Below, in pieces: positions 60,703 to 64,000 of a stretch of 64,000 nt of DNA. Under the pieces are notes generated by a model. The model was given only the letters and a program-made list of their open reading frames with translations. It searched no databases and was not told where the DNA came from. Source of the DNA: Reclinomonas americana ATCC 50394. Taxonomy: Eukaryota. The first letter of the stretch is position 1; each line of letters begins with the position of its first letter. The DNA lies in contig PS015010.1 of NCBI GenBank assembly GCA_048213135.1, positions 1,116,001 to 1,180,000 on the forward strand, given 5' to 3'. The position numbers and the translations under genes were made by a program.

Positions 60703-62385
60703 ATGCCCCTGCTTATGAAAAAGTACAAGTGTGTTTTGGCATCGCTTACAGCCATCTTGTTGTTTTGTACCCATATATCTGCCCAGGTCAGTACCGGTTT
60801 TTTTAATGGCTCTGTTTTCAGTACCTATTCTTCAGTAAACGGAGGCAGCCTGGCGGGTAACAACTTTACGGTAACTTATGGAGGTTCCTTCTTCGCTAAA
60901 AATTTAGTCACATACACCCCCGGGGCATTGCCCGCCAACAGCGGCTACCCCGTGACTTTACCGGACATGCTGAGTGTTTTAGGAAATGCTTCCAATACAA
61001 CGATTACACTTGGCTTCAACAGTACGCTGCCCCGGTTTACCACTTTTTTTCTGCAGGACCTGGATTACAGTGAGGAAGTAATTGTTGAATTTTTTGATGC
61101 CAGCAATACCCTGGTCAATACTTCCAGTATTATTTATGCAACTATTTCTACAAATACTTTGCCGGCGGCTTCTTTTTCCGTTACATCGGCAACGATAACT
61201 GGTGTTTCTACCAATACGAACGAACGACTGGTCGCATTTGTACTCAATACTGCAACTGTAAGAACAATTAAGATAACGCAGTTGTCCGGCAGTACGGGAG
61301 GTTCTTATGAAATGTACCTTGCCCAGCAGGGTATGGATCATGGCGATGCGCCGGTCTCATACGGCGATGCGGCACACTTTCCTTTCAATTCTTTAATGCT
61401 GGGATCCTTGTCAGGCGACACAGAAACAAACTCAGCCAATTCAGCAGGGGCGACTGGTGATGATGCTGCGGTGAGTGCGGATGTTATTGATGATGAAGAT
61501 GGTGTTGCCGGCTTTAATAACCTGTATGCCAGTGCAACCTCCTACTCCGTTTCTGTGGCAGTTACCAATACAACCGGGACGAATGCGGCACTCGTTGGGT
61601 GGATCGATTTTAACCGGGATGGCGTTTTTAACGCCGGAGAAGCGTCGGCACCGGTGATGGTGGCTAACGGGGCCACTTCTGCTACGGTCAGTTGGACAGG
61701 TCTTTCAGGACTGGTTTCAGGGCAAAGCTATGCCCGTTTCAGGATAGCATCCAATCCGGCAGAAGTAAGCAACCCAACCGGGATGGCGGTCAACGGAGAA
61801 GTAGAGGACTACCCTGTTACGATCCGGTCAATATTACCGCTCTTCCTGGTTAGTTTTTCGGGTGAAAGACATGGGAATGATATCCTGCTCAACTGGAGAA
61901 CAGAGACTGAACAACAGGTAAGCCATTTCGATATTGAGTACAGCACTGATGGTATCAACTATGCAAAAGGTGGTTCGGTTGCCGCCAGGAGCCAGCCCTC
62001 CAATAATTACCAGTTTACATTATTCAATTATACAGCACCGGTTTACTACCTGCGGTTGAAGTCGGTGGATATGGATGGAAAACCTAAGTACAGTTCTGTT
62101 ATCGTTGTGCGAATGAGTGGCAGGTTACAAAAATCGATGGTTGTTTCCCCTAACCCGGTCCAGGATAGAATTTCTGTTCGTATCATTTCTGATGTGGCAG
62201 CAGCAGCCGGTGTTCATTTGCTGAATTCAGCCGGGCAGGTGCTGTATCAAACCGAAACACAACTCCTGAAAGGAGAAAATGCGTTGTATCTCAATCCTTC
62301 TTTGAAATTGACTAATGGAATTTATATAATCACCGCCGTTGTAGGTGGTGAAAGGCTGACACAAAAAATAATGATCAGCAGATGA
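60703..62385 (+). CDS. GEVED-domain surface protein with T9SS type-A CTD
   Basis: DHGDAPVSYG, DDEDGV, WIDFNRDGVF, ARFRI, GEVEDY, LPLFLVSF, SPNPV...GIYII; start 60703 or 60715. Confidence 0.85.
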   Translation: MPLLMKKYKCVLASLTAILLFCTHISAQVSTGFFNGSVFSTYSSVNGGSLAGNNFTVTYGGSFFAKNLVTYTPGALPANSGYPVTLPDMLSVLGNASNTTITLGFNSTLPRFTTFFLQDLDYSEEVIVEFFDASNTLVNTSSIIYATISTNTLPAASFSVTSATITGVSTNTNERLVAFVLNTATVRTIKITQLSGSTGGSYEMYLAQQGMDHGDAPVSYGDAAHFPFNSLMLGSLSGDTETNSANSAGATGDDAAVSADVIDDEDGVAGFNNLYASATSYSVSVAVTNTTGTNAALVGWIDFNRDGVFNAGEASAPVMVANGATSATVSWTGLSGLVSGQSYARFRIASNPAEVSNPTGMAVNGEVEDYPVTIRSILPLFLVSFSGERHGNDILLNWRTETEQQVSHFDIEYSTDGINYAKGGSVAARSQPSNNYQFTLFNYTAPVYYLRLKSVDMDGKPKYSSVIVVRMSGRLQKSMVVSPNPVQDRISVRIISDVAAAAGVHLLNSAGQVLYQTETQLLKGENALYLNPSLKLTNGIYIITAVVGGERLTQKIMISR

Positions 62386-62412
62386 TTTTTTAGGGCGTAT
62401 AGTTTTACAGTT

Positions 62413-62436
62413 GCCCGGAGCGATCCGGGCTTTTTT
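62413..62436 (+). terminator. Intrinsic terminator
   Basis: GCCCGGA/TCCGGGC plus TTTTTT. Confidence 0.75.
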
Positions 62437-62499
62437 ATGCCCAGGCCTTGTATCTTCACATGATCTCATTTCCAAATCAACACATCTTCAAATCATCCA

Positions 62500-63855
62500 T
62501 CAAATCTTCCCTGCCGCTTCCTCCCCGGTATTGATAGCTCCTTCCATAAAACCCTGCCAGTCGGCCAGGTGCTCGCCGGCGAAATGGGTGTGCAGGTGCG
62601 GTTGCCGCAGGATGGGCCGCAGGCCGAACCATTGCCCCTTTCCATAGATGGCATAAGCGCCGCGGGAATATTCATCGTTGCCCCAGTAATAATTGGTTTG
62701 TTTGTCGATCATGCCTTTGATGTCACCAAAGTAAGGCGACAGGTTTTGGTGAAGTGTGTCGGCTTTCCATTGCTCAGACTGGTTGGCGATGACGGCGGCT
62801 TTGTCACCAATGGAATACGAGATCAGCACTCCTTTTTGCGATGCCTGGTTCTTGGTGGCGTGATAAAAATAATGCGAAGGCCCGTCGGTGATCATGTCGA
62901 AACTTTCCTCCTTCCAGAAACGGGTATTGAACTGAACGGGATTTTTATTGATACGTGCATATTGCAGCTGGTCCAGTGCATTGCGCATGGGTAAAGGCAG
63001 CGCCGGTTCCCATTGCATATTCTTCACCGCAAAAGTGGGTGCAGTGCAGATGAGTTTGTCTGCCTCAAATTTTTCACCATTCTCACAGTATACAGTAACG
63101 CCTTTCTGCTGAACAATACGTTTTACTTTATAGCCGGTCCTGATGTGTTCGGCGCCGATCTTTTCCGCCAGCCGTTTGGCAAGCATGCTGTTGCCCCCTT
63201 TTATTTTGAAATCCATCTCATTCTTCGGACTACTTTCTGCGTATTCGGCGAGTGCGCCAAAGGCGGAAACGGAACGGATGGTTTCGCCAAAATCGGTACT
63301 GTCGGCCAGCTCGCGGATATCGAGATCGCGGCCGCTGCAGCCATTGTTGACGAGGTAACGCCACCAGTCGATCTTATCCAGTTTGCGTTTATCCAATTCC
63401 GTAAGCTGGCCGTATCCTTTGATGATCTCTTCAAATTTGGTTTTCCATTCGGGAGAATAGTCCCATTCACCGTTGCGGGCATATTTTCCCTGGTAAATAA
63501 GATGGGTATCGAACTGGTTGTTCTCCATTTCAAGTTCCATCTCCTGTATCAGCTCTTTGAGGCGGGTGTGAGACGCTCCTACCCATTCGGCACCCAGTTC
63601 AATAACGAGTTTGTCGGCATCGTCCATTTGGTGAGAAAATACACGGCCACCAACGCGGTTGCGGGCTTCGAGTATCACGAAATCTATTTTTCGTTTGCTC
63701 AGCTGGTAAGCCGCGGCCAATCCTGCAAAGCCCGCTCCTATAATGATCACTTTTGGTTTTTTGCCAATAAAAAAAGAAGCGGCTGGTGAAGAAGCGAAAA
63801 GCAACCCGGCTCCTGCCAGGGCGGTTTGTTTGAGGAACCCGCGGCGTGTGGTCAT
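62500..63855 (-). CDS. Tat-exported flavin monoamine/amino-acid oxidase family protein
   Basis: TRRGFLK Tat motif; GAGFAGL, LEARNRVGGRV, ELGAEW, HFAGEH, GFMEGA. Confidence 0.88.
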   Translation of the reverse strand: MTTRRGFLKQTALAGAGLLFASSPAASFFIGKKPKVIIIGAGFAGLAAAYQLSKRKIDFVILEARNRVGGRVFSHQMDDADKLVIELGAEWVGASHTRLKELIQEMELEMENNQFDTHLIYQGKYARNGEWDYSPEWKTKFEEIIKGYGQLTELDKRKLDKIDWWRYLVNNGCSGRDLDIRELADSTDFGETIRSVSAFGALAEYAESSPKNEMDFKIKGGNSMLAKRLAEKIGAEHIRTGYKVKRIVQQKGVTVYCENGEKFEADKLICTAPTFAVKNMQWEPALPLPMRNALDQLQYARINKNPVQFNTRFWKEESFDMITDGPSHYFYHATKNQASQKGVLISYSIGDKAAVIANQSEQWKADTLHQNLSPYFGDIKGMIDKQTNYYWGNDEYSRGAYAIYGKGQWFGLRPILRQPHLHTHFAGEHLADWQGFMEGAINTGEEAAGKI

Positions 63856-64000
63856 GCAGTTGGTTTTTTGGAAAAGTAGGTATTTTATGGAAAGTGTGCA
63901 ATACCTTTTTGTGGTAAAAGGCCTTTCTCTTTACCGGGATAAAATACCCTGCGGCGGGTATGGGCCGCCTTTTACCGTTACGGTATTTTTAAATAAAAAC

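Noticed and set aside
1-64000. tRNA/rRNA genes, prophage, IS elements
   Set aside because: No cloverleaf, rRNA signature, integrase, transposase or phage structural motifs recognised by eye; a covariance-model scan was not possible

Overview
Chromosomal window from a Bacteroidota genome, probably Chitinophagaceae-like. Support: TAnnTTTG -7 promoter elements, three T9SS type-A CTD proteins, separated pdhA/pdhB, and recF-DUF721 beside TPR-ribH. Housekeeping genes (gyrA, cobB, ribH, pdhA, pdhB, recF, thiolase, saccharopine dehydrogenase, UbiD-family) alternate with accessory modules. These are an ArsR-SRPBCC-DoxX-YdeI stress operon carrying a GmrSD-like nuclease, a DUF4331/TonB-receptor/HupE-UreJ metal-uptake-like locus with a frameshifted TPR gene, and a PhoX-like phosphatase linked to di-haem peroxidases with EfeO/imelysin-like N-termini. 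The right end holds a 2284-aa M36 protease, an orphan PL7 lyase, and an uncharacterised three-gene operon (mono-haem CxxCH lipoprotein, isocyanide-hydratase-like DJ-1 protein, small beta-rich lipoprotein). The non-coding DNA is structured. It includes ~360-bp mosaic inverted repeats bracketing pdhB, a 5-copy AGG(T/A)TGACATCT element, an 11-bp-periodic pho-box-like array, a promoter-like motif shared by two vWA genes, and a 16-bp hairpin over a start codon. I recognised no rRNA, tRNA, CRISPR array, integrase or transposase. Family calls come from motif recognition by eye, not from searches.
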